Shown here: positions 32,385-41,862 of the stretch, one piece after another | Numbering within the stretch: the stretch's first letter is position 1 | Layout of the letters: the number at the start of each line of letters is the position of its first letter | Position numbers and translations under genes: made by a program | The notes under the pieces: model-generated | What the model saw: the letters and a program-made list of their open reading frames with translations, nothing else | Database searches by the model: none | What the model was told of the DNA's origin: nothing | Assembly: GCA_964535735.1 (NCBI GenBank) | Contig: CAZHTM010000008.1 | Coordinates: forward strand, 8,707 to 72,706 | Direction: 5' to 3' | DNA from: an uncultured bacterium | Lineage (GTDB): Bacteria > Fidelibacterota > Marinisomatia > Marinisomatales > J089 | Length of the DNA: 64,000 nt

Positions 32385-32682
32385 GGTGATTGGATAACCA
32401 GTCACGACTGGTCGTTTCTAATCCGTCCAAGAGGGAATTAATGACCATATCGGAACGGATGTTATTAATCATAGCCAACACAAATATGGGAAATAATGTC
32501 TTCGGTAGCAATGACTCAATATGTTCAAAAGGATCCCAGGTATCCAGGATTTCATCCATTGTTAGATCTTGGGATAGATGACTCTGTAATTGATCCTGTA
32601 ACTTATATAAATAGGAGGCTTTTTGGTCTCGGGAAAGCTCGGCAAAATCCTTGGTGGAATGTATTTCCATATCCATAGTCAA
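32377..32682 (-). CDS. small acidic cytoplasmic protein of unknown function
   Basis: 101 aa with no signal peptide and helical-looking sequence. It is the first gene of the minus-strand unit and diverges from the OMP gene at 32760. Confidence 0.45.
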   Translation of the reverse strand: MTMDMEIHSTKDFAELSRDQKASYLYKLQDQLQSHLSQDLTMDEILDTWDPFEHIESLLPKTLFPIFVLAMINNIRSDMVINSLLDGLETTSRDWLSNHHD

Positions 32683-32759
32683 TAAATTACACCCAACGAT
32701 TCAGAAAAATAAAGAAATAGCGGTTGATAGGGGATGGGCATGACGGGTATTTTTCCTCG

Positions 32760-34325
32760 ATGAAAAACCGAATAAAAACTGCAAAACTCAGCCTCGTTCT
32801 TCTGTCCTTCCTCATGGTGGGGTTTGGACAGGAAAATGTCTCCATGCAAGGTGCGGTGGGTTCCGTGACCCTAGACGGAAAAGTCTGGAATTCCTTGGCC
32901 TTCCGTCCCGTCATTCCCATCGGTAAGGCCGCCTTGGCTTTGGATCTGGTATTCTATGTAGATAGTGAAGGGAATTTGCATAAAGACGAGTGGGACTTTT
33001 CCAGTGGCTCCGCCATTAAAAACACCCTCATAGACAAAATTTATTATTTCCGCTGGGGACAACCTGGCGATCCCTTGTATTTAAAAATTGGGGCCTTAGA
33101 CCGAGTATCACTGGGTTATGGAATTCTGGTTAATAACTACAGCAATACATTGTTTTACCCTGATGTTCGGAAGATTGGCCTGGATTGGGGTGTGAAATTG
33201 AAATCGTTCCATCTTACGGGATTCGTAAATGATTTTAAAGAAAATATTTCCCTCACCGGTCTGCGTGTCGAATCATCGATGTTCACTGGTTTTCCGGTGG
33301 GAGTTAGCGCTGTGTTGGACCGTAATCAATATTTGGCATTAAGCGACCGTGACGGCGACGGACGACCGGACATGGTGGATGATTTTCCGGATAATGCTAC
33401 CTATTGGTTGGATACAGATGGGGATGGTCTGGCGGATGTGGACCCCCTGGAATGGGATATTGACGGCGACGGAATTACCGATACGCTGGACAGTGATATT
33501 CCGGGATGGACGTTGGATACGACCATTGTGTTGGATCCATTCATTGATACTCGTCCGGAACCCTTGAATGTATTGGAGACCTCAGACCCGGTGGGCGCCC
33601 TGGCCTTTGACGTGGGTTATCCCATTTTTAAGAACAAACGTTGGTCAGTTTATATTTACGCCCAAGCGGCTAAACTATTAGGGGAAACCATTGATCCGCT
33701 AACCGGTAAAAAGGAATCTTTAGGATCAGGACTTATTCCTTTGGGGGCCGGTACCCATTTTGGTCCCCTCCGGATCAATTTAGAATATCGAATGGTTCCC
33801 CACGGGAATTTTGAATTTGGCTACTGGAGTCGCTCCTATGATGCGGAACGGGCTATCCTATCCTTGCGAGGAAATGAGAAAATTATTATAACTAAGGAAT
33901 CCCGTCTTGGGGAATATGGTCCCATGAAAGGGCTTTACGGTCAGGCCGTTCTCAATCTATTGGGATGGTTTGATATTTCCGTATCATATCAAAATTTATA
34001 TGGTGATAATTGGAATGCGGTCAGCCAATCCTTTGAACCATCCACGGTGGAAAGTTTTCTGGCGTCCATGTCTCTGTTAAAAACCGTGAGTAAGCTCAAA
34101 ATTGCAAAGGTGTATTACCAGCAACAAAACGTACCCAATCCCTTCCAGTTTGATTTTACCGAAAATACGGTCATGGGGTATCGCCTGGCGTTGGAAATGG
34201 GCGGAGGAATGGTGATCAGCTATAACTTCCAACGTACGTTTGTGGATTTGAACGGCGACGGCGATGTGAATGACGCCAATGAACGTGTGAATCATACTGT
34301 TTTTGAAACCAGTTTCGGATTTTAA
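32760..34325 (+). CDS. putative outer-membrane beta-barrel protein with internal thrombospondin type-3-like Ca-binding repeats
   Basis: The ATG at 32760 gives the signal peptide MKNRIKTAKLSLVLLSFLMVGFGQ. Amphipathic beta-type segments flank DRDGDGRPDMVDDFPDN..DTDGDGLADVDP..DIDGDGITDTLDSD. The protein ends in a terminal Phe (FETSFGF). Confidence 0.65.
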   Translation: MKNRIKTAKLSLVLLSFLMVGFGQENVSMQGAVGSVTLDGKVWNSLAFRPVIPIGKAALALDLVFYVDSEGNLHKDEWDFSSGSAIKNTLIDKIYYFRWGQPGDPLYLKIGALDRVSLGYGILVNNYSNTLFYPDVRKIGLDWGVKLKSFHLTGFVNDFKENISLTGLRVESSMFTGFPVGVSAVLDRNQYLALSDRDGDGRPDMVDDFPDNATYWLDTDGDGLADVDPLEWDIDGDGITDTLDSDIPGWTLDTTIVLDPFIDTRPEPLNVLETSDPVGALAFDVGYPIFKNKRWSVYIYAQAAKLLGETIDPLTGKKESLGSGLIPLGAGTHFGPLRINLEYRMVPHGNFEFGYWSRSYDAERAILSLRGNEKIIITKESRLGEYGPMKGLYGQAVLNLLGWFDISVSYQNLYGDNWNAVSQSFEPSTVESFLASMSLLKTVSKLKIAKVYYQQQNVPNPFQFDFTENTVMGYRLALEMGGGMVISYNFQRTFVDLNGDGDVNDANERVNHTVFETSFGF

Positions 34326-34332
34326 GGCACCT

Positions 34333-36927
34333 ATGGACAGTAAAACTATTCGCGAATCGTTTATCCAATATTTTCGGAGCAAGGACCATCAATTTGTTCG
34401 GAGTGCTCCAGTCATTCCCTGGGATGATCCCACGTTGTTGTTTACCAATGCCGGGATGAATCAGTTTAAGCCCATTTTTTTGGGCGAGGAGACGCCGAAA
34501 TTTTCCCGAGCTGTTAATAGTCAGAAATGCATTCGTGTAAGCGGGAAACACAATGATCTGGAAGAGGTGGGGCAGGATACCTACCACCATACGTTTTTTG
34601 AAATGCTGGGTAACTGGAGTTTCGGGGATTACTATAAGGCTGAAGCCATCCGGTGGGCCTGGGAACTGGTGACGGAGATTTGGGGCCTGGATAAAAAGCG
34701 CCTTTGGGCAACGGTGTACACAGATGACGATGAAGCCTACAATTATTGGGTGAAGGAAACCGACATTGGTCAAGAGCGGGTTTTGCGTTTTGGCGCAAAG
34801 GAAAATTTCTGGGAGATGGGCGATACGGGTCCCTGTGGTCCATGTTCGGAAATTCACTATTATATTGGGGACGACATAAATCAGCAGAGTGCCGAAGGGG
34901 TCAATTCATCTCCGGAATACTGGGAATTATGGAATTTGGTCTTTATGCAGAATTACCGGGATGAATCTGGTACGTTAACGACTCTTCCTGCCAAACATGT
35001 GGACACGGGTGCCGGTCTGGAGCGGATTGTGGCCGTTATTCAGGGGAAAAAGAGCAATTACGACACGGATTTATTCATGCCCATCATTTCATCGATTGAA
35101 TCGTTGACCGGTGTATCATACCAGGATAACCCGGTTCCCATGAGGGTTATTGCGGACCATATTCGTATGTTGACCGTTTCCCTATCTGATGGGGCCATGC
35201 CGTCCAATGAAGGTCGCGGTTATGTCCTGCGGCGCATTTTGCGCCGGGCTTCACGATTTGGCCGGATGCTGGCCATGGAGGAGCCGTTTATTTATCGCTT
35301 GGTTGAGGAAGTGGATTCCATATTAGGCTCCATATACCCGGAAATATCGGATAAAAAATCTCATATCCAGCAGGTGATCAAAGCTGAGGAAGTTTCCTTT
35401 AATGAAACGCTGAATCGCGGATTGAATCATTTTGAGAAAATCATTCAGGAACAATCGGGAACTGTAATTTCCGGTGAAGCTGCATTTCGTTTATATGACA
35501 CCTACGGGTTCCCCTTGGATCTGACTCAACTGATGGCTCGGGAACGGGGACTTACGGTGGATGAACCTGGCTTCCAGAAAGCGATGGAAGCGCAACGCAC
35601 TCGGGCAAAAGCCGCTGGAAAATTCAAGGCCAGATCCAATACCATTGAATGGCGCGTTCTATCAGAGGGAGCATCATCTAAGTTTGTAGGGTATGATACC
35701 CTTAAGACGGAATCTACAATTCGTAAACTTGCCTATGTGGATGATAAAATCTGGCTCATCCTGGATCAAACGCCTTTTTATGCCGAATCGGGAGGGCAGG
35801 TTGGCGATCAGGGAATTATCACCGGGGCAACCATTGATCTACGCGTCCTGGACACGCAAAAAGATTCAGGCGATATCCTACACATTTGTGATGGTGATTT
35901 TCCTCATGATCTTTCGGACTTAACCGTAACCTGTCAGGTTGATTCTGACCGGAGACAAGCCATTCGCCGCAATCATACTACCACCCATTTATTACATAAG
36001 GCGCTTAAGGACGTTTTGGGAGATCATGTACACCAGGCTGGTTCTCTGGTTGGACCAGACTACCTCAGGTTTGACATGACCCATTTCGAAAAAATGACAC
36101 CGGAGCAACTCCAGAGTGTGGAAGAGATTGTTAATCTTGAAATATTAAAAAATACACCTTTAGATGTATCACTTAAAGCATTTGATGAAGCTCGTGAGGA
36201 GGGAGCGGAAGCGCTCTTTGGGGAAAAATACGGAGATGTGGTTCGGGTCGTTACTGTTGGGGAATTTTCCAAGGAATTGTGTGGCGGAACCCATGTGGAG
36301 CGAACGGGAGATATTGGATCATTCAAAATAATTGAAGAAACGTCCCTGGCAGCTGGAATTCGACGGCTTGTTGCGGTAACAGGCGTTCAATCGTTTTCGT
36401 TGTTCCAAGATCGTTCCGTAACGTTACAAACCCTGGCCTCACTGGTCCATTGCGGTGAGCAGGAATTAGTAGACCGTGTAGCGCAATTATTAAAACAAAA
36501 AAAGGCGTTGGAAAAAGGTCGTCAACGGTCAGTTGGTCCATCCACATCTATTCCCGATTTATTAGCTCAAAGCCGAACCATCGATGGGTTCCCTCTTCTG
36601 ATTGCCTGGGTAAATGCGGAATCTGATCGGGACTTAAAAGCTCTTGGTGATCGTATTCTTGAACAGTGGCCGTCGGGAATTGCTGTCTTGTCCTCCAAAT
36701 CCATGCCGAAGCCGGTAGCGCTGGTACTGGTCACCCGGGATTGGATTGCAAAGGGGTATCACGCCGGGCAATTGGCCAAAAACATAGGGAAAGCTATGGA
36801 TGGTGGTGGTGGCGGTAGACCTCATTTGGCTACGGCAGGAGGCAAAGATTTTGCTAAGCTCAATCAAATATTTGAAAAAGGATATGATTTGCTTCATTCG
36901 TTTCTAACACAGGATACGGAAAAATGA
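34333..36927 (+). CDS. alaS: alanine--tRNA ligase
   Basis: The start MDSKTIRESFIQYFRSKDHQFV is the canonical AlaRS N-terminus. Other AlaRS features are FTNAGMNQFK, the editing-domain HxxxH (RRNHTTTHLLH), CGGTHV and a C-terminal DHHA1-like GGGGRP. The track start at 34303 overlaps the upstream gene. Confidence 0.95.
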   Translation: MDSKTIRESFIQYFRSKDHQFVRSAPVIPWDDPTLLFTNAGMNQFKPIFLGEETPKFSRAVNSQKCIRVSGKHNDLEEVGQDTYHHTFFEMLGNWSFGDYYKAEAIRWAWELVTEIWGLDKKRLWATVYTDDDEAYNYWVKETDIGQERVLRFGAKENFWEMGDTGPCGPCSEIHYYIGDDINQQSAEGVNSSPEYWELWNLVFMQNYRDESGTLTTLPAKHVDTGAGLERIVAVIQGKKSNYDTDLFMPIISSIESLTGVSYQDNPVPMRVIADHIRMLTVSLSDGAMPSNEGRGYVLRRILRRASRFGRMLAMEEPFIYRLVEEVDSILGSIYPEISDKKSHIQQVIKAEEVSFNETLNRGLNHFEKIIQEQSGTVISGEAAFRLYDTYGFPLDLTQLMARERGLTVDEPGFQKAMEAQRTRAKAAGKFKARSNTIEWRVLSEGASSKFVGYDTLKTESTIRKLAYVDDKIWLILDQTPFYAESGGQVGDQGIITGATIDLRVLDTQKDSGDILHICDGDFPHDLSDLTVTCQVDSDRRQAIRRNHTTTHLLHKALKDVLGDHVHQAGSLVGPDYLRFDMTHFEKMTPEQLQSVEEIVNLEILKNTPLDVSLKAFDEAREEGAEALFGEKYGDVVRVVTVGEFSKELCGGTHVERTGDIGSFKIIEETSLAAGIRRLVAVTGVQSFSLFQDRSVTLQTLASLVHCGEQELVDRVAQLLKQKKALEKGRQRSVGPSTSIPDLLAQSRTIDGFPLLIAWVNAESDRDLKALGDRILEQWPSGIAVLSSKSMPKPVALVLVTRDWIAKGYHAGQLAKNIGKAMDGGGGGRPHLATAGGKDFAKLNQIFEKGYDLLHSFLTQDTEK

Positions 36928-37358
36928 AATATCAAGCCAAAGAATCGGTGCACTGGATATACCTAGAAAAAGGGGAATTGGTGATGGAAACGCTCACCGA
37001 CTATTGTCGCCAACATTCCATTGAAAATGGACAGATTACCGGCATTGGCGCAGTCGCCAACATACAGATGGGTGTTTTTGTCCCCGAAACAAAATCTTAT
37101 CACCAAGACCGCTTCGAAGGGACTTACGAATTAACCAGTTTTATAGGCAATATTACCATGAAAGACGGCTCACCGTTCATCCATGCTCATATCGTGTTGG
37201 GCGATCATGAGTTTAGAGCTATCAGTGGACATTGCATGGAAATGGAGGTGGCTGTCGTCGGTGAATTTATCATTCAGAAAATGGAAACCCAGGTCTTTCG
37301 CACGCTAAACCCAAGCGTTGGATTGGCCACCTGGACCATGGAGGAAATTCATGAGTAA
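36924..37358 (+). CDS. PPC (DUF296) domain protein
   Basis: 144 aa. It carries GELVMETLTDYCRQHSI..GQITGIGAV, YELTSFIGNI, PFIHAHIVLGD and ISGHCMEMEVAVVGEF, typical of the PPC/AT-hook-less DUF296 fold. It has an ATGA overlap with alaS. Confidence 0.7.
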   Translation: MKYQAKESVHWIYLEKGELVMETLTDYCRQHSIENGQITGIGAVANIQMGVFVPETKSYHQDRFEGTYELTSFIGNITMKDGSPFIHAHIVLGDHEFRAISGHCMEMEVAVVGEFIIQKMETQVFRTLNPSVGLATWTMEEIHE

Positions 37359-37734
37359 AATCCCAGTATCTACTTCGGACGCGCCAGCGGCGATTGGTCC
37401 CTATAGTCAAGGAATTCTCACTGACCATTTATGCTTTACAGCCGGACAGATTCCCCTTGATCCTTCAACAGGAAAATTAGTAGAAGGGGAGTTCCAGGAT
37501 CGAGTTGAACAGGTATTTCAAAACCTCTCAGCTGTACTTAAAGCAGCCGGTACGTCCTTGGAAAAGGCTGTTAAAATAACTGTATACTTAACCGACTTAA
37601 ATCAATTCGGTGAGGTTAACGCTGTTTTTGAGCGATGGTTCTCAGGAATGACGCCTCCGGCTCGTTCGGCAGTGCAGGTCGCTGCTCTTCCCTTGGGCAC
37701 CGATATTGAAATTGAATGTATCGCCACACGATAA
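37351..37734 (+). CDS. ridA: RidA/YjgF family reactive-intermediate deaminase
   Basis: The start MSKIPVSTSDAPAAIGPYSQG sits on an ATGAGTAA overlap. Other family blocks are GQIPLDP.TG, KITVYLTDL..F..N.VF and PARSAVQVAALPLG..IEIE. Confidence 0.9.
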   Translation: MSKIPVSTSDAPAAIGPYSQGILTDHLCFTAGQIPLDPSTGKLVEGEFQDRVEQVFQNLSAVLKAAGTSLEKAVKITVYLTDLNQFGEVNAVFERWFSGMTPPARSAVQVAALPLGTDIEIECIATR

Positions 37735-37819
37735 GCGGTTAATTTATTAAACCTGCCATTATTCTGAGATTCAGACAAATCCACATTGTACACCGCAGTG
37801 ACGTTCCAAAGGAGGTCTT

Positions 37820-39082
37820 ATGAATCTTTGCATCTTTGAGGATGAGGGATTTCGGAAACTCAATCCTCTTTGTTTGGCACGTCCAACCTTTGATCTCCGC
37901 TGCGGTATCGAAACGTTACTCACCAAACTTCGACGAATATTAACTGATCAACCGGTATACTTAGCGGTTCGGTCCTATTTAGCCGATCTCACAAAACGAG
38001 CACACCCGGAGAGTCAAGTCAATGTCTCACTCAATGATCTGGCGTCTGTTTTGGCGATCAACGGACGTTTACTCTGGAATCAGGGATTGCAGGTAAGGAT
38101 CGAAACAATGCCCCTTCATACGGCGATTGTGGATGGAAACAATGTACTTGCAATAAAAATACAGGGGAAACTTTGGGATGAATTGAATCCTCTAAGTTCT
38201 GATTTTATCGATCAAGTCAAGGACCTATCCAGAATCCAAGTATTCGAGGAATCCTTCACAACCATTAACTATCCCTGGGATTTGATTGCAGAGAACGGGG
38301 CACAAATCGAAGCGGACTTTTCGTATTTAACCAACGATAAGCCGACCCTGTCGGGCACCTTGTCCGGGAATGTGACTTGTCTGAATACTGAGAGAATTCA
38401 TATCGGCGAAGGGACGGTCATCAAACCGGGCGTCGTTCTCGATGCAGAACGTGGCCCCATCTACATCGGAAGCAAGGTCCGAATTCTACCTAATGCCGTC
38501 TTAGAAGGACCTTTGTTTATTGGTGCAAACTCCCTTATTAAAGCTGGCGCAAAAATTTATGAAGACACAAGTATCGGTCCCGTTTGTAAGGTTGGGGGAG
38601 AAGTTGAGGCCTCGATCCTTCACGCCTATTCTAATAAGCAACATGAGGGTTTTCTAGGACATGCCTATCTAGGTTCATGGGTCAATATCGGCGCCGATTC
38701 CAATAATTCGGATTTGAAAAATAATTACAGTACCGTGAAAATGATGATCGACGGTGAATGGGTCGATAGTGGCACCCAATTTCTGGGACTGATAATGGGC
38801 GATCATTCAAAATGTGGTATTAATACGACATTTAACACGGGGACGGTGGTGGGTTTCCACTGCAATCTGTATGGATCTGAATTACATGCGACGCACATTC
38901 CCTCATTTGCCTGGGGATCGGGGCAAAATTATGTGACCTATCAATTGGAAAAAGCTATCGAGGTCGCCACCCGGGTCATGGGTCGCCGGGAGGTTAATTT
39001 TGATAAAATTGACCGGGACGTGTTCACCCACATTTTCAATGCCACGGCGGATAGTCGTCACGCCCACAATATGATGAATTAA
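37820..39082 (+). CDS. putative sugar-nucleotidyltransferase-like protein with left-handed beta-helix (hexapeptide) domain
   Basis: AAGGAGG lies 7 nt upstream of the ATG. The N-terminal half resembles an alternative GlmU-like family (MNLCIFEDEG...LARPTFDLRCG). The C-terminal half has hexapeptide repeats (IGEGTVIKPGVVLD..IYIGSKVRILPNAVLEGPLFIGANSLIKAGAKIYEDTSIGPVCKVGGEV). Confidence 0.6.
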   Translation: MNLCIFEDEGFRKLNPLCLARPTFDLRCGIETLLTKLRRILTDQPVYLAVRSYLADLTKRAHPESQVNVSLNDLASVLAINGRLLWNQGLQVRIETMPLHTAIVDGNNVLAIKIQGKLWDELNPLSSDFIDQVKDLSRIQVFEESFTTINYPWDLIAENGAQIEADFSYLTNDKPTLSGTLSGNVTCLNTERIHIGEGTVIKPGVVLDAERGPIYIGSKVRILPNAVLEGPLFIGANSLIKAGAKIYEDTSIGPVCKVGGEVEASILHAYSNKQHEGFLGHAYLGSWVNIGADSNNSDLKNNYSTVKMMIDGEWVDSGTQFLGLIMGDHSKCGINTTFNTGTVVGFHCNLYGSELHATHIPSFAWGSGQNYVTYQLEKAIEVATRVMGRREVNFDKIDRDVFTHIFNATADSRHAHNMMN

Positions 39083-39153
39083 TTCCTTCCCTCGACTTAA
39101 TTTGTGAAAAGAATTATGTCTTACCGTGCCAACAAACCCCTGGAACTCATCTT

Positions 39154-40080
39154 ATGACACTAGAGCAATCAAAACGCTACTTATTAATTGTGAATCCTGC
39201 TGGAGGCAGTGGCCGAACCATGGATGCATTGCCTGAAATTGAAAGGCTTCTCCGAGCACAATCCGTAACCTACGAATTTCATTTCACTCAAGAGCCCCTA
39301 CATGCAGTGGAATTGGTCAAAGAACTGGCGCCTCAGTTTGATGTGATCGTTTCTGTGGGTGGTGATGGGACGATCAATGAAATTCTCAATGGTCTCCCGG
39401 ATTTAGACAAACCCCTGGGAATGATTCCTATTGGTACAGGAAATGATTTTGCCCGCAGTTGTTTAGTTCCGCATGATGACCTGGAAAAAGATGTTGAAAT
39501 CCTGTTAAATCATGATGTGCGTATGGTGGATGTGGGCGAGGTAAATGGCCGTCGCTTTATTAATGTGCTGGGGATGGGGTTCGAAGGCCGGAGTAATGAT
39601 ATTGGACGAATGTTGACCTTCATCAAAGGGGCTGTAAAATACTTACTGGCCATTGTTTACACACTTATCACCTATCGCCGAATTCCCATGAAAATAACGC
39701 TGGATGACGATACAACATTGGAAACCGATACTTTCCTGATCAGTGTGGGCAATGGATGGAATGTGGGTGGTGGATTGCAATTAACGCCACAAGCCAGGTT
39801 GGATGACGGGTGGTTTGATGTAACCTACATTGAAAAGATTTCTCGCTGGACGATCATTTCCAATTTTCACCGGTTATTAAACGGCACCATCACTGATTTG
39901 GAAGAAGTCCAAACCTACCGCGCTAAAAAATTACTGGTGGAAAGTCCTCTTTCAATTCCATTGCATTTAGACGGTGAAGTTTTACCTGGAGAACGTCGGC
40001 ATTTGGAAATTTCGCTTCATCCCCAGGCCCAGCCGGTCATTGGAAACTGGAGTGCGGATCCCCGAGGTAATGGGGACTAA
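39154..40080 (+). CDS. diacylglycerol-kinase-family lipid kinase (YegS/BmrU-like)
   Basis: It carries LLIVNPAGGSG, VGGDGTINE, PLGMIPIGTGNDFAR and a C-terminal LHLDGE. Confidence 0.8.
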   Translation: MTLEQSKRYLLIVNPAGGSGRTMDALPEIERLLRAQSVTYEFHFTQEPLHAVELVKELAPQFDVIVSVGGDGTINEILNGLPDLDKPLGMIPIGTGNDFARSCLVPHDDLEKDVEILLNHDVRMVDVGEVNGRRFINVLGMGFEGRSNDIGRMLTFIKGAVKYLLAIVYTLITYRRIPMKITLDDDTTLETDTFLISVGNGWNVGGGLQLTPQARLDDGWFDVTYIEKISRWTIISNFHRLLNGTITDLEEVQTYRAKKLLVESPLSIPLHLDGEVLPGERRHLEISLHPQAQPVIGNWSADPRGNGD

Positions 40081-40495
40081 ACTTTTCGTCCTGCTTCTAT
40101 TAGGCTCTCTTTTATGGGGGCAGGAGGTGGATTCGGTAAAAACGCAAGATCCAGCCACTGCAGCAAAATGGGCGTTGATTTTTCCTGGTGTGGGACAGAT
40201 TTACACAGGACATTATGTTAAAGCTGGTATTCTTGCGGGGTTAGAACTAGCGGCAATTTGGCGATTTAACGCGAACCGAATTCAGTACCGTGATTTCTCG
40301 GATGATATGGCCTTAAAGAAACATCGATACTTAGAGAAAAGAAATAAATATGCATGGTGGGCCGGGTTTATTTACATTTATGGTCTATTAGATGCGGTTG
40401 TTGATGCCCATCTATCAACATTTGACCAGGTTATGGAAGTGCCCATTGAAGGGCAGTCCACAGAATTAGAAAAGGACAGAGAGCAAGATCTATGA
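40070..40495 (+). CDS. DUF5683-like small membrane protein
   Basis: The ATG at 40070 gives the signal peptide MGTKLFVLLLLGSLLWGQ. The block ALIFPGVGQIYTGHYVKAGIL...YIYGLLDAVVDAHL resembles the Bacteroidota/Ignavibacteriota DUF5683 family. The track start at 39974 lies inside the kinase gene. Confidence 0.55.
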   Translation: MGTKLFVLLLLGSLLWGQEVDSVKTQDPATAAKWALIFPGVGQIYTGHYVKAGILAGLELAAIWRFNANRIQYRDFSDDMALKKHRYLEKRNKYAWWAGFIYIYGLLDAVVDAHLSTFDQVMEVPIEGQSTELEKDREQDL

Positions 40496-41856
40496 AAAAA
40501 AGAGAATCCTGGGGATCCCATGTGGGATTTATTCTGGCCGCAGCCGGGTCGGCAATTGGACTAGGGAACATCTGGAAATTCCCCTATATCGCCGGACAAA
40601 ATGGTGGAGCAGCATTCGTCTTTATCTATCTCATTTGCATAGCGGTCATTGGTTTGCCTGTTTTGATGGCCGAAATCCTCATGGGACGAGCGACCCATCG
40701 AAATCCTGTGGGAGCGTTCAAAGCGTTAAATAACTCCTCATTCTGGATCGGCGTTGGAGGACTCGGCGTCGTGGCTGGCTTCCTCATTTTATCTTACTAT
40801 AGCGTCGTGGCTGGATGGGCCGTGGGTTATGTCGTAGAGGCCATAAAAGGATCATTTCATCAATATACGACCCCACAAATGGCGGGAGAACACTTCAACC
40901 AGTTGGTCGGGACACCGTCCTGGATTCTGGGTTACCATCTGCTATTTTCAGTCATTACCATGGGCGTAGTGTATGCCGGGGTGAAGCAAGGGATAGAATT
41001 GGGCAGTAAAATTATGATGCCCCTTTTGTTCGGAATTTTAATCATTTTGGTAATTCGTGGAGTTACCCTTCCAGATTCTGGAAAAGGTCTTGCCTTTCTA
41101 TGGGTGGCTGACTGGAGTAAAATTGATGGTAACTCCATACTGGTTGCTCTGGGCCATGCCTTTTTCACTCTGAGTCTGGGTATGGGAGCTATGATGACCT
41201 ATGGAAGTTATATGACCTCCAAAGACGATATTCCCACCGCATCCATTCAAATTGTGGGACTGGATACATTGATTGCCTTGCTGGCGGGTATCGCCATCTT
41301 TACGGCTGTATTTTCTGCTGGATTAGACCCTGCCGTGGGACCGGGGTTAATCTTTCAAACCCTTCCTGTGGTATTCGCAAAAATGCCCGGTGGATATCTA
41401 TTTGCCATTTTGTTTTTCGTTCTTTTGGTTTTGGCGGCTTTGAGTTCCGCTATTTCCTTACTGGAGGTTATTGTAGCTTATTTTGTGGATGAACGAAATT
41501 GGGTCCGGCATAAAGCCGTTTTAGTCATGGGATCGGTTGCTTTTCTCATTGGAGTTCCTTCAGCGCTCTCCTACAATTTGATGAAAGACGTTAAGATTTT
41601 TGGCCTAAATTATTTTGATACGGTGGATTACCTGGCGGCCAATATCTTACTTCCGCTGGGAGGTTTGCTCATTTCAATATTTGTGGCCTGGATTTGGGGA
41701 TCAGATCGGGCCATTCGGGCGTTAAAAACAGGTGCTCCCCGGTGGTTTAAGGACCGCCACTGGGTTCCGGATGGCTGGTTGAAAATTCTTCAATATCTGG
41801 CGCCGGTCATGATTTTCATCGTCTTTCTTTATTCCATTGGCGTTATCAAACTGTAG
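40492..41856 (+). CDS. sodium-dependent transporter, neurotransmitter:sodium symporter (SNF/NSS) family
   Basis: It carries SHVGFILAAAGSAIGLGNIWKFPY...NGGAAF and is a polytopic 454-aa protein. Confidence 0.9.
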   Translation: MKKRESWGSHVGFILAAAGSAIGLGNIWKFPYIAGQNGGAAFVFIYLICIAVIGLPVLMAEILMGRATHRNPVGAFKALNNSSFWIGVGGLGVVAGFLILSYYSVVAGWAVGYVVEAIKGSFHQYTTPQMAGEHFNQLVGTPSWILGYHLLFSVITMGVVYAGVKQGIELGSKIMMPLLFGILIILVIRGVTLPDSGKGLAFLWVADWSKIDGNSILVALGHAFFTLSLGMGAMMTYGSYMTSKDDIPTASIQIVGLDTLIALLAGIAIFTAVFSAGLDPAVGPGLIFQTLPVVFAKMPGGYLFAILFFVLLVLAALSSAISLLEVIVAYFVDERNWVRHKAVLVMGSVAFLIGVPSALSYNLMKDVKIFGLNYFDTVDYLAANILLPLGGLLISIFVAWIWGSDRAIRALKTGAPRWFKDRHWVPDGWLKILQYLAPVMIFIVFLYSIGVIKL

Positions 41857-41862
41857 GACATT

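Noticed and set aside
34216-34857. 213-aa minus-strand ORF spanning the OMP/alaS junction.
   Set aside because: It lies antisense to the unmistakable AlaRS N-terminal domain. It has no motif and an odd Pro/His/Arg-rich composition. I treat it as a shadow ORF of a highly conserved gene.
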